Part shown: positions 11,413 to 22,501 of the stretch, one piece after another
How positions within the stretch are numbered: position 1 is the first letter of the stretch
Layout: every line of letters begins with the position of its first letter
NCBI GenBank assembly: GCA_965198225.1
Contig: CBDAOY010000009.1
Coordinates: 736,001 to 800,000, forward strand
Direction of reading: 5' to 3'
Source: Terriglobia bacterium
Lineage (GTDB): Bacteria > Acidobacteriota > Terriglobia > 20CM-2-55-15
DNA: 64,000 nucleotides
Program-made: the position numbers and the translations under genes
The notes under the pieces: model-generated
Database searches by the model: none
The model's input: the letters and a program-made list of their open reading frames with translations, nothing else
What the model was told of the DNA's origin: nothing

Positions 11413-12600
11413 ATGAATCGCCGATCATTCTTGAAGAGTTCGAGCCTGGCCGGTGCGGGGCTCACCCTGACTCCGCGCCTTGGAGCCTCTGCTCCTCAGA
11501 CCAGCGCGTTGAACCTCAAGACGAAGCACCTGATCTGGATCGTCAACGGCAACGGCTGCCGGAAGAAGGAATACCTCGAGGATCTCGACGTCGCGCCGAA
11601 CTTCAATGCACTGGCCAAGGAAGGTTACGTCTTCAACGAAGACCACAACGACCAGGCGTCCTCACACGGAACCTCCTACACGGAACTGCTCACGGGCAAC
11701 GTGTCACAGACCAGCGTCCCGCTTTTTCCGACCGTGCCGCATTACGTTCGCAAGGCCTACGGCGACGAGGCGACGAAGTACTGGTATCTGACCGGCGCCG
11801 ACTACTTCAGGCAGTGGCGCTACAATCTGAAGTACTTCGCCGCTCACAAGGACTACCCGGCCTCGACGCGGCCCGTCTCCTTGACGACTCAGAACGTCTT
11901 CCAGGACATGTGGTACAAGAAGCGGGATCGTTCGCCCCGGCAGATCATCGACGAAGAGTTCCCGAACAACATGGGCTTGACCGAGAAGGAACGCGTGAAG
12001 CTGACGGAGTGGATCGAAGGCGTGATGTCGACGCGCAGCTACGAGCCGTCCCTGAACCATCCGTTCATTCCGCGCTCCCCGTTCGTGGAAGAAGGACAGG
12101 CGATCAGGATCATTCCGCAGATACTCCAGACGTTCAAACCACGGGTGCTGATCTTCCAGCAGGTATCCCACGACACGGGCCACGGCGCCGGAGGATACCT
12201 GCGTTATGAGACGGGCCATGACGAATATCGCTCGACCGCCATCTCGACTGACGAGGCAGTGGGGCAGGTCATCGATTTCGTGAAGAACGACCCGTACTTC
12301 AGCCAAAACACGGCGATCGTCGTGAGGCCTGAATTCGGCCGGGACGACGAAGTCAACGCCTACGGCGAGATCCATCACTCGAAGGGGTATTACTACGCCC
12401 AGCGGCCTGCCAGCATCTACTGGGGCCCGGACTTCAACAACGGCTTCGACGGCAAGACCGTCATCAGCCGCCTGGACATGGCGCCGACCCTGACCAAGCT
12501 GTTCAACGTGGACGCGACCGACGCAATGGGGCAGGTCGTCCCGGGCCTGTTCAAACCCGAAGTCGGCGAGCTTCCCGCCTACATCCCCTACGTGGAATAG
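11413..12600 (+). CDS. Tat-exported protein, probable alkaline phosphatase/sulfatase-like superfamily
   Basis: MNRRSFLK twin-arginine signal; D(T)GH, TAIVVRPEFGRD, LDMAPTLTKLF motifs; AAGGAG RBS. Confidence 0.65.
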   Translation: MNRRSFLKSSSLAGAGLTLTPRLGASAPQTSALNLKTKHLIWIVNGNGCRKKEYLEDLDVAPNFNALAKEGYVFNEDHNDQASSHGTSYTELLTGNVSQTSVPLFPTVPHYVRKAYGDEATKYWYLTGADYFRQWRYNLKYFAAHKDYPASTRPVSLTTQNVFQDMWYKKRDRSPRQIIDEEFPNNMGLTEKERVKLTEWIEGVMSTRSYEPSLNHPFIPRSPFVEEGQAIRIIPQILQTFKPRVLIFQQVSHDTGHGAGGYLRYETGHDEYRSTAISTDEAVGQVIDFVKNDPYFSQNTAIVVRPEFGRDDEVNAYGEIHHSKGYYYAQRPASIYWGPDFNNGFDGKTVISRLDMAPTLTKLFNVDATDAMGQVVPGLFKPEVGELPAYIPYVE

Positions 12601-12817
12601 CTTCGGACCTTCGGACCATGAAAGCCTTTTGCGGCGTGGCTCTTTCGGGCCACGCCGTTTTTTTGGGCAGAATCGGCCCGGTGAGGGACCGATTTGGATG
12701 GTTCTTCGGGCTGTCCGACTCGAGATATCTGATAAGTGCTTTTAAATCCGGCTGTTCCGTCTGTACCCCGGCGTTTTCCAGGCGTAACCTTTCCGTAGTG
12801 CGGGACGTATTTTACTA

Positions 12818-13342
12818 ATGAATCTCGATCGCGAACTCATCGTTCGCGCCCAGCGTGGGGACACGGTCGCGCAAGAGGAGCTCGTGAAGCAGCTGGCGCC
12901 GATGGTGTTCCGGCTGGCCAGCCGATTCTTCCGAACGCGAGAGGACGTCGAGGATCTGGCGCAAGAAGCCTTTGCCCGTTTTTTCAATAAGATCCAGCAG
13001 ATCCGTCCCGCAGACAACGTTCGAGGCTGGGTTTCGCGAGTCACGATTAACGTCTGCTACGATCGACTCCGGAAACTGCGCCGGGAAAAGGCCGCGATCG
13101 AGGGTTTGACTGCGGAGCCGGTAGCGCCGCAGCGACCGGACCCCGACGCGTACGAGCACGTTCGGACGGCGCTGGCGCGACTGGATGCCAAGCTGAGGAT
13201 CCCGTTGGTCCTCAAGGAAGTGGACGAGCTCTCCATCAAGGAGATCTCTAAGGTGATGGGAATCACCGAGTCCAACGTCAAGATCCGGCTTCACCGGGCC
13301 CGCAAAAAGCTGGCTGCGGTTCTTGAAGCCGGAGTAGACTGA
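12818..13342 (+). CDS. ECF sigma-70 family RNA polymerase sigma factor
   Basis: EDVEDLAQEAF (region 2), WVSRVTINVCYD, LSIKEISKVMGITESNVKIRLHRARKKL (region 4). Confidence 0.92.
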   Translation: MNLDRELIVRAQRGDTVAQEELVKQLAPMVFRLASRFFRTREDVEDLAQEAFARFFNKIQQIRPADNVRGWVSRVTINVCYDRLRKLRREKAAIEGLTAEPVAPQRPDPDAYEHVRTALARLDAKLRIPLVLKEVDELSIKEISKVMGITESNVKIRLHRARKKLAAVLEAGVD

Positions 13343-13372
13343 GCGGATGGTGGACGATAGGAGAAACAGGTA

Positions 13373-13729
13373 ATGAAGGAGTTTCTTCCGAGAAAATTCG
13401 TCGAGCAGGAACGCCGGCGCGTTTTTTTGCCCGATTCGGATTTCGCGAAGCGTGTCGTCGCTCGCTTGAAACCGGTCTCGCGGCAGGCCGCCGACGTCTG
13501 GGAGTACATCCCGGCTTTCGCCCGACCGATCGTGGCGGTGACGATGGCGGCGCTGTTTGTGATCGTTGGTCTGCAGATGATGTACCCGCAGGTGCCCGAA
13601 CAGGGCATCGTCGACGCCCATCTGGCCGAGGATTCGACCCCGACTGATGCATGGCTCTACCAGGATGCCGAGATACCCGAAGGCGATGACTTGCTCCTGG
13701 AGATTACCCTGGCGGAGGAGTTGCGATGA
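13373..13729 (+). CDS. Single-pass membrane protein, probable anti-sigma factor
   Basis: Directly after the ECF sigma; DFAKRVVARL followed by one TM helix. Confidence 0.55.
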   Translation: MKEFLPRKFVEQERRRVFLPDSDFAKRVVARLKPVSRQAADVWEYIPAFARPIVAVTMAALFVIVGLQMMYPQVPEQGIVDAHLAEDSTPTDAWLYQDAEIPEGDDLLLEITLAEELR

Positions 13730-14391
13730 CGCGCACCCTCCAGGCGAAGCTTCTGGTCCTCGCTGTGTTTATCGCGGGAATGCTGAGCGGCGCCGTTGTT
13801 ACCAATGTGTACGAAGAGCGAGTTCAGGGCGACGAGCTTGGGGTGGAACCCAACGACAGGAATCGCGATCGTGAACGGGACCACAACCATCAGAGGTTCG
13901 AAGATTATCTCGGCTTGACTCCGGAACAGCGAGATCAGCTCTCCGAGATTCTTGAAGGCTCCCGCGACGGGTACCGTGAGTTGCGCGCAAAGACCCGGCC
14001 GGAGTACCAGGCGATTCGGTATGCTTCCCGCCAGAAGATCCGCGAAATGCTGAACGATGAACAACGCGGGCGGTACGAAGAGTGGATCAACCGCGAGCGG
14101 GAGCGCGACAACAACAGGAGGCACGGCCGCGGCCGAGGTGGAAGAAAGTTTGGAGCCCGTGGAGGAAATGCCAGAGCTGCGCAGAGAAGCGGAGCGAAGG
14201 TCGAGGAAACGCTTCTTCGCTACGACCGGGGCGACCGTTGTAAGCTATCGCGTTCTTCGCGTCGCTGGCGTTATACGCGCTCGCGGGGTGGGATGAAGCA
14301 GAGAGGCAAGAACAGGTCGCGGTGTCCAGGCAGTTGGCGGCGCAGGCCGAGCTGCAGATCGATGATCGCCTGGACCTGGGGCTCCTCCTGA
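13726..14391 (+). CDS. Spy/CpxP-like periplasmic protein; native sequence probably ends near 14130 with a read-through tail
   Basis: N-terminal TM, LGLTPEQRDQL..IL and MLNDEQRGRYEE (LTxxQ-like); ATGA overlap with the upstream gene. Confidence 0.55.
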   Translation: MTRTLQAKLLVLAVFIAGMLSGAVVTNVYEERVQGDELGVEPNDRNRDRERDHNHQRFEDYLGLTPEQRDQLSEILEGSRDGYRELRAKTRPEYQAIRYASRQKIREMLNDEQRGRYEEWINRERERDNNRRHGRGRGGRKFGARGGNARAAQRSGAKVEETLLRYDRGDRCKLSRSSRRWRYTRSRGGMKQRGKNRSRCPGSWRRRPSCRSMIAWTWGSS

Positions 14392-14540
14392 GCGTGGAGG
14401 CAAGCCGGGCCGCGAATACCCGCGATGCGTTGAGAAGTCTGAGGACGATGTTGGCAGCCGTTCCCGCGCAAATGAGGTTCCTACATGGCCCCATCGCGTG
14501 GGTAACAAGCGTCGCATTCAGCCCAGATGGTCGGACCCTT
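14140..14540 (+). pseudogene. Fragment of a WD40-repeat (STAND-type) protein gene truncated by IS3
   Basis: SRQLAAQAE..LDLGLLLSVEA...VTSVAFSPDGRTL in ORF 14322. Confidence 0.55.
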
Positions 14541-14544
14541 GATG

Positions 14545-15409
14545 CCGTGCTCCTCGCACTTTGAAAGTACATCGCCTCGGGTGTCTGGTAGTCGAATACC
14601 TGATGACCGCGTTCCTGATTGTAAAATCTGAAATAGACAGTCAGGTTCGAGACCGCCTCGGGAACGCTCATGTAGTCCTTCAGGTACACTTCCTCGTACT
14701 TCACCGTTCGCCATAGACGTTCGACGAAAATGTTGTCCAGGAACCGGCCCCGGCCGTCCATGCTGATCCGGATGCCCTCGCCTTCGAGTCGGCTCGTAAA
14801 CGCATCGCTGGTGAACTGAGAACCCTGATCCGAGTTGAAGATCTCCGGTTGCGCATGCCTCAGGGCCCAGTCCAATGCCGACACGCAGAAAGCGCTGTCC
14901 ATCGATACTGAAACTTCCCAGGCCAGCACATACCGGCTGTACCAGTCCATGATCGCCACCAGATAGATAAACCCCTGCCGCAGACGGATATACGTGATAT
15001 CGGTGGCCCACACCATGTCTGGGCGATCGATCCTCAGCCCCCGTAGCTGGTACGGATAGATCCGATGTCCCGGTGCCGGCGTCGACAACCGCGGTTTGGG
15101 ATAGATCGCTTCCAGTCCCATCTGCCGTATGAGTCGACGTACTCGTTTCGCATTGACCCGGTGACCTTGCTTCTCCAGCCAGTGAGTCATCCGCCGCACG
15201 CCGTAGAACGGCGTCCGTGTGTACTGCTCGTCCAACAGACGCATCAACTCCATGTTCTCGGTGCTCTCGCCAACAGGCGTGTAGTAGAGTCCCGACCGGG
15301 ACACTCCCGACAACCGGCACTGCTCGGCGATGCTCAGTTTCTTGTGGCTTGATTCGATCCATGGCCGTCGTTGTCCTAACGTGAAAGTCCGGGCTTTTTT
15401 TTCAACCAA
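14545..15409 (-). CDS. IS3 transposase OrfB (DDE)
   Basis: WATDITYI, FNSDQGSQFTS, DNIFVERLWRTVKYE. Confidence 0.9.
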
Positions 15410-15669
15410 TCCACCTCGACGTGCAACTTCCCGATCTCTTGGTAAAGTTCGGTCCGGACTTCTTCATCGGCTTCCATCGATTGTGTTTTCCCGTTCGAGA
15501 AGATCTCCGACGCGCCATCGAGCAACTGCTTCTTCCACTTTGTCACCATATTCGGGTGGACCCCGTAGTTGGAGGCGATCTCCTGGATCGTTCGCTGTCC
15601 CTTCACCGCCTCCACCGCGATCTTCGCCTTCAGATCGGCACTGTACTGCTTCCTCTGTCTCTTCTTCAT
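15376..15669 (-). CDS. IS3 transposase OrfA (HTH)
   Basis: RKQYSADLKAKIAVEA..TIQEIASNYGVHPNMVTKWKK..WLKKK. Confidence 0.9.
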   Translation of the reverse strand: MKKRQRKQYSADLKAKIAVEAVKGQRTIQEIASNYGVHPNMVTKWKKQLLDGASEIFSNGKTQSMEADEEVRTELYQEIGKLHVEVDWLKKKPGLSR

Positions 15670-15733
15670 CTGCCTCTCCCGAGGCAGCGATTTTACACCT
15701 TAGCGACCTGTCCGAATTTTGGGGAGCACCTCA

Positions 15734-18126
15734 TTCACTACCTTGTCATGGAGTTGGTGGAAGGAGACACCCTGGCCGCCCGGTTGGAAAAGGGACGGTT
15801 ACCGCTCGATCAGGCCCTCGAATACGCCATCCAGATCGCCGACGCGCTGGACAAGGCCCACCGGCAGGGCGTCGTGCACCGGGACCTCAAGCCCGGCAAC
15901 ATCATGCTGACGAAGTCGGCGGGCGTCAAGCTGCTCGACTTCGGATTGGCAAAGCTGAAGGGCGATGCTGGTGCCGTATCACCCCTCTCCCAGATGCCCA
16001 CGCAGGACCTCTCCGCACCCCTGACCGCCGAAGGCACCATCATCGGCACGCTCCAGTACATGGCACCCGAGCAGTTGGAGGGCAAGGAGGCCGACGCCCG
16101 GACGGACATCTTCGCGTTCGGTGCGGTGGTGTACGAGATGGTGACTGGGAAGAAGGCGTTTGAGGGGGCGAGTCAGGCGAGTCTGGTCGGGGCGATCATG
16201 AACCAGCAACCCGCGCCGGTCACCGAGGTTCAGCCTGTGTCGCCTCCCATGCTCGATGAGGTTATTACCGCGTGCCTTGCGAAGAGTCCTGAGGATCGGT
16301 GTCAAACCGCAACGGACCTCATGCGCGAATTGAAGTGGGTCACAGATGGCAGCGCACAAGTCGGAACGGCTTCCGTCGAAACTCCGTCGAAAGGCCGGGA
16401 CCTCATCTACTGGTCCGCGATGGGAGTCCTTCTGATTTCAACAGTGATCCTGGCCGTCGCTTATTTCTCTACCACACCCCAGGAGCAGACGGCATTCCGA
16501 TTCTCCTTCGCCCAACCCCTGCAGGCTCTCGGGGACGTGCTGGCTATCTCACCCGACGGCGAACGAATTGCATTTCTCGCACCAGCCCCCACCGGGGATC
16601 AGGCGGTCTGGGTCCGTGAACTCGCGTCCGGCGAGATGCGGATGCTGTCGGGCACGGAGGGTGCCGGTAGGTCTCTGTTCTGGTCACCCAATGGGCAGTC
16701 CATAGGATTCTTCACGGCGACAGCCCTCCGGGTTGCGGATCTTTCCGGAGCGGCTCCCCGGACGGTCTGCGCTGTGCCCCAACGACACTCAGGCGGCACA
16801 TGGAGCGCCCAGGGAGACATCATCTTCAACAGCGCCGGTGTCTTGAACCGGGTGTCGGCGTCGGGCGGCCAACCCGTTTCGGTGGATGTGCCGGGTTCGT
16901 ACCCCTACTTCCTACCCGATGGGATTCATTTCCTCTATAGAGCGCGCAGCTCAGGCCTTGAGCCGTCGTCGATTTACCTGGCGTCCCTGGAATCCGCAGA
17001 AACGCGCATTCTGTTGATCGCCGACCGCAACACCAAGGCCGTGTACGCGAGCGGCCATGTCCTGTTCGTGAGCGCAGGCGTGTTGATGGCGCAGCCGTTT
17101 GACGCCGATCGCCTCGAGCTCACGGGAGAAGCCCGCCGAATCGGTCCCCAGGTGTCCTCTCCTGGGGTCTTTAGGGCAGACGAAGTACCGTTTTCGGTTT
17201 CGGCCAACGGTATTCTCGCGTTTCGGTCCGGGAACCGCGTGGACGGACAACTCGTGTGGTTCGATCGTGGGGGAAACGAGACCCGGCGGGTTCATCAGCC
17301 GGAATCGGGCGAGTATCTGAACCCGTCCCTGTCGCCGAACGGGCAGCAGATAGCGGTGAACCGCAGGGATCCGGCGACCGGAAATGTCGATATCTGGCTG
17401 ATCGATGTGGGAAGGGATACCGCCCTCTCCGCTCACGTCAACGCCATCGGTCGATGCCGACCCGGTCTGGTCGCCAGACGGCGAGGAAATCGCCTTTTCG
17501 TCCTACCGGAACGGGAAGTGGGGTATCTGGAAGAGGAACATCCGTGCGGGCCAGGAAGAGCTTCTCTGGGAGGATGTCGAGGGAACCGTCCTAATTCCAT
17601 GGACTGGTCGCCGGACGGACAGTTCGTTTTGCTCCAATGGGGAAACGACGACGTTTGGGTGCTGCCCGTTTCCGGGGACGACCCCTGGCCGCTTTTCAAC
17701 GATCCGGGTTATGTAGAGCGCGCCGCCCACTTTTCGCCGAACGGGCAGTGGGTCGCCTACACTTCGCAAGAAGCCGGTGCGAACACTGTCTACGTGGCGC
17801 GGTTCCCGGACGCGACCGACCGCAAACGCGTCTCCGACGGTGCAGGCTCGCATCCAAGGTGGAGGAGCGACGGGGGGGAGCTGTTCTACAAGAGCGGCGA
17901 CGTCAGCGCACCGCTCATGGCGGTCAGGGTGGATTCCCGCCCATCGGGCCTCGAGTTTGGCAGGCCGGAACCGATTTTTGATTCGACGACGTCGGGGATG
18001 CTGGACGGTCGGAACCATTATGCCGTGACCGGCGACGGAAACAGTTTTCTGCTGCGCCGACCGAGCCTGGATCCAGCGCCCGTAACCATAGTCGTCAACT
18101 GGACGACTGAACTCGATAACCAATGA
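15734..18126 (+). pseudogene. Ser/Thr kinase-TM-PD40/TolB propeller protein K1, about 80 N-terminal codons removed at the IS3 end, compensating frameshifts ~17420-17590
   Basis: Begins IHYLVMELVEG immediately after the IS3 IRL; HRDLKPGN, DFGLAK, GTLQYMAPE; the correct propeller segment sits in ORF 17405. Confidence 0.88.
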
Positions 18127-19766
18127 ACCCCGGCACCCAACTCGGCCACTACGAGATCACCGACAAGCTCGGCCAGGGCGGCATGGGTGAGGTGTGGAAG
18201 GCCCGCGACCAGAAACTCGGACGCGAGGTGGCCATCAAGACCCTTCCCGAGGAGTTTGCTCAGGACGAAGAACGGCTGGCCCGGTTCGAGCGTGAGGCGA
18301 AGCTGCTGGCCTCTCTGAACCACCCGAACATCGCCACCATCCACGGACTCGAAGAAGACAACGACACGCGATTCCTCGTCCTCGAACTCGTCGAAGGCGA
18401 CACGCTGGCTGACAGATTGAAACATGGCGCTATCCCGGTCGAAGAATCCCTCAAGCTGGCCCTCCAGATTGCTGAAGGCTTCGAAGCGGCGCACGAGAAA
18501 GGCGTCATCCACCGGGATCTCAAACCCGGGAACATCAAGGTCACGCCGGACGGCAAGGTGAAGGTGCTGGACTTTGGGTTGGCGAAGGCATTTGCCGGTG
18601 ACGGTGCGGACGTGAACCTGTCACAGTCACCGACGTTGAGCATGGCAGCAACGCAGCAGGGAGTGATTCTTGGCACTGCTGCATACATGAGCCCCGAACA
18701 GGCCAGCGGCCTGGAGGTGGACAAACGCAGCGACATTTGGGCGTTCGGGGTCGTGCTGTTCGAACTGCTGGCCGGACGGGGTTTGTTCACGGGAGAAACG
18801 GCCCCGCACATCCTGGCTTCGGTCTTGAAGACCGACCCCGACTGGAAGAGTCTGCCACCGAATCTCCATCCCCGACTCCGACTACTCCTTGAACGCTGCC
18901 TGGAAAAGGAATCGAAAGACCGGTACGGTGACATTTCCGATGCCCGAGTGGATGTTCAGAGGGTACTGGCTGATCCTGTCGGCGTTCTGGTCCAGCCCGC
19001 TACTGAGGTTGTTCAGGCCGCACCGCAATCAAAACTGCCGTGGGTCGCCGCCTTCGCGCTGGGTCTTGCCTTGGCCGGTATCGCGGTCTGGAACCTGAAA
19101 CCTGATGCGCCCGACGCGTCTGGTCCATTGATCCGATTTTCTCAACTCCTGCCTGAAGACCAGCAGTTCACTCGCACCGGTCGTCCGGTTGTTGCGGTTT
19201 CGCCGGACGGTTCCAGAATCGTGTACGTGGCCAATAATCAACTTTACCTGAAAGCGATGGATACGCTGGAAGCCAGCGGGATTCCCGGGACGGACGATGA
19301 TCCCGCGGCCCCATTCTTCTCGCCGAACGGTCAGTGGATTGGTTTCTGGTCTGGAGTCGACCGTCAACTCAAGAAGATCGCTGTTAGCGGTGGCGCACCC
19401 ATCATGCTCTCGGATGCCGAGAATCCTTTGGGTGTCCCGAGTTGGGAGGCGGACGACACGATTGTTTTCGGCCAGTCCGAAGGAATCAAGCGGGTTTCGG
19501 CGAATGGCGGCGAAGCGGAATTACTTGTGGCCGGGGCCAACATTTCGACTCCGCAAATGTTGCCCGACGGGCAAACGCTGCTCTTCTTCGACCACGTTGC
19601 CGACGAAATCGCCGTCCAGTCGTTGAACTCAGATGAACGGACGGTACTGTTGCCCGGTGAATACCCGAGATATGTTTCGACCGGACACATCGTCTATGGA
19701 ATCGAGGACGTTCTGTCTGCGGTTCCATTCGACGTTCGGTCACTCGAACTGAGGGGTGGACCGGTT
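18123..19766 (+). pseudogene. Ser/Thr kinase-propeller K2, C-terminal half of the propeller missing, fused to the start of K3
   Basis: Intact kinase domain (GQGGMG, VAIK, HRDLKPGN, DFG) and TM; the propeller runs in frame into TLGHYEITDKLGKGGMG. Confidence 0.88.
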
Positions 19767-22501
19767 ACTCTGGGCCACTACGAGATCACCGACAAGCTCG
19801 GCAAGGGCGGCATGGGTGAGGTGTGGCGGCACAGGACTCGAAGCTGGGTCGTCAGGTTGCCATCAAGACCCTGCCCGAGGAGTTTGCCAAGGACGAAGAA
19901 CGGCTGGCCCGGTTTGAGCGTGAAGCAAAGCTGCTGGCGTCCCTGAACCATCCGAACATCGCAACCATCCACGGAGGAACACGAAGGCACCCGCTTCCTT
20001 GTCCTCGAACTCGTTGAAGGCGACACGCTGGCGGACCGGCTGAAGCGTGGTGCGATCCCCGTTGAGGAATCGCTCAAACTCGTCCTCCAGATAGCGGAAG
20101 CCCTCGAAGCAGCGCATGAGAAGGGCGTCATCCACCGGGATCTCAAGATCTCAAGCCCGCCAACATCAAGATCACACCCGACGGCAAGGTCAAGGTGCTG
20201 GACTTCGGACTGGCGAAGGCGTTTGCCGGAGATGGGGTTGATGCAAACCTGTCGCAGTCGCCGACCCTGAGCATGGCAGCCACGCAACAGGGCGTGATTC
20301 TCGGGACTGCGGCATACATGAGCCCCGAGCAGGCGCGTGGTGAGTTTGCTGACCAACGCGCTGATGTCTGGTCCTTTGGCGTTGTGTTGTTTGAGATGCT
20401 GACGGGACGTGGCACGTTTGAAGGGCACACTGTCTCAGACGTGCTGGCGTCCGTTCTCAAGATCGATCCCGAATGGGACAGCCTCCCGGTAAACCTCCAT
20501 CCGCGACTCCAGCAGCTTCTCGAGCGATGTTTGGAAAAGGGGGCGAAGGACAGGTACCACGGCATCGCTGATGCTCGTGTGGATATTCAGAAGGTACTGG
20601 CTGATCCGGGGTTCAGACATGGGACCGCCGATGGGACTGGAGTCCCTGCGGGCGTCGGTCCGTGGAACCGGCTGACGGTCGCGTTCGCGGCAGTCGCCGC
20701 CGTCCTGGCGGGGACCCTCGCCTGGTCGCTCCTCCGTCCGATGGAGAGGCCCGTCAGCCGCTACAGCATCGAGTTACCTGTCACTCAGCGGAGCGACGGC
20801 CTCGGCTCGAGCGTCGCGGTCTCACCAGACGGGACTCAGATGGTCTACGTGGGTCCGGGGGAACAGGGCCGACAGCTCTGGCTACGCCGACGTGACCAAC
20901 TTCAGGCGACGCCCATCGCGGGCACCGAGGGAGCGCTGCCGCAGAACCCCGTCTTCTCTCCGGACGGCCGGAGGGTGGCCTTCCACGAAGGTGGCGGGGT
21001 TTCTGGCGGGGTCGGCGCGGTCTCACTGAGCGGTGGGTCACCGTTGGCGATCGTGGAGAGCGGCGTTGGAACTGAGGGGCTCGCCTGGAGTCCCGATGGC
21101 TACATCTACTTCCCGGCTCCTGGGACGGGTAGTGCTCTTGTCCGCGTGCCGGAGACGAGCGGCAAGGTGGAGCCGTTCACCGTGCTTGACACGGCCCAGA
21201 GCGAGGCGCGTCACATCTGGCCGCAGGCTCTCCCCAACGGTCGCGGTGTGCTGTTCACGGTGGCCCACCAGCCCGATGCCGACGTCAGCCAGTACGACAT
21301 TGCGGTGGCGGACATGGAGACCGGGGAGCACGAGGGTCTCGTGCGCGGCGTGTTCGCCCGCTACGCGGCGTCGGGGCATCTGGTCTACGTGACGGCGGAC
21401 GGGAGGCTCCTGGCCGCTCCGTTCGATCAGGACGGGCTGCAGCTGGCGGGAGACCCAGTGGCGCTGGCCGAGGGAGTCGGTGTGCGCAGATTCGGTTCGG
21501 TCCACCTCGCGCTGTCGGACGACGGCACGCTCGTGTATCAGGCCGGAGGTGGGAGCGGCGACTCCGAGTTCGTCTGGGTAACGCGCTCGGGCCAGGCGAC
21601 ACCCGTCGATCGTGGATTGACATTCGTTAACCTTAACAACTTCGAGTCGAGGCTTTCACCGGACGGGACGCGGATCGCGTTCAACCCCACGGTTGACGGC
21701 AACCAGGACATCTGGATCAAGCACCTGCCCGACGGTCCGCTGGAGCGGCTCACGTTCGCCGAGGATGATGACTTCAGGCCATTCTGGACGCCCGATGGTC
21801 AGACCGTGACGTACTTCTCGGGTCCCCTCGAAGGGACCGTGCCCAGCCCCGACGTATGGTCTAAGCGTGCTGACGGAACGGGAGAAGCGGTGCTGGTGCT
21901 CGACGAAGAGCGCGGCTTCGCCCAAGGGTCGTGGAGTCCCGATGGCGAGTGGCTCGTGCTCCGCGCCGCGGCAAACGCGGCTTTGGGTCTGGGCCTGCGC
22001 GACATCCTGGCTTTCCATCCGGGCGTGGACAGCGCGGCCATACCGCTGGTGGCGACACCCGAGTTTGCCGAGGGACAACCGGCATTGTCGCCGGACGGGA
22101 GATGGCTGGCGTACAGTTCCAACGAAACGGGCAGCTTCGAGGTGTTCGTGCGTCCGCTCCCCGATGTGAACTCGGCCAGGGTGCGGGTCTCGAGGGACGG
22201 GGGGCTCGGGCCGCTCTGGGCGCACAGCGGGCGTGAGCTGTTCTTCGTGGATGAGGACCGTGGGCTGGTGGCTGCCCAGTTCGATCCAGCCTCGGGGCAG
22301 GTGCTGGCGCAGGAGACGCTGTACACCATACCGGTGGGATATGTCGTGGCACCGGGCGGCAACTTCTACGACATCACGTCAGATGATCAGCGGTTCCTGA
22401 TGGTCCGCCCCTACGAGGGCGAGGGCGAGGCGGCCTCGACCGAGGTCATCGTGGTCGAGAACTTCTTCGAAGAACTGAAGGAACGGGTGCCGGTGCCATG
22501 A
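19767..22501 (+). pseudogene. Ser/Thr kinase-propeller K3, frameshifted kinase domain
   Basis: Kinase split over ORFs 18123/19823/20195; shifts near 19830 and 19975; GATCTCAA duplication at ~20139-20154; ends NFFEELKERVPVP. Confidence 0.88.

Larger units (their letters stand above)
14545..15733 (-). mobile_element. IS3-family element; IRL intact, IRR not recognisable
   Basis: IRL TGAGGTGCTCCCCAAAATTCGGACAG at 15733; orfA/orfB overlap with an A8G slippery site near 15394-15402; orfB has no stop at the expected end. Confidence 0.85.

Noticed and set aside
15421-15733. N-terminus of the 901 aa ORF
   Set aside because: It is antisense IS3 sequence read in frame into the truncated kinase.
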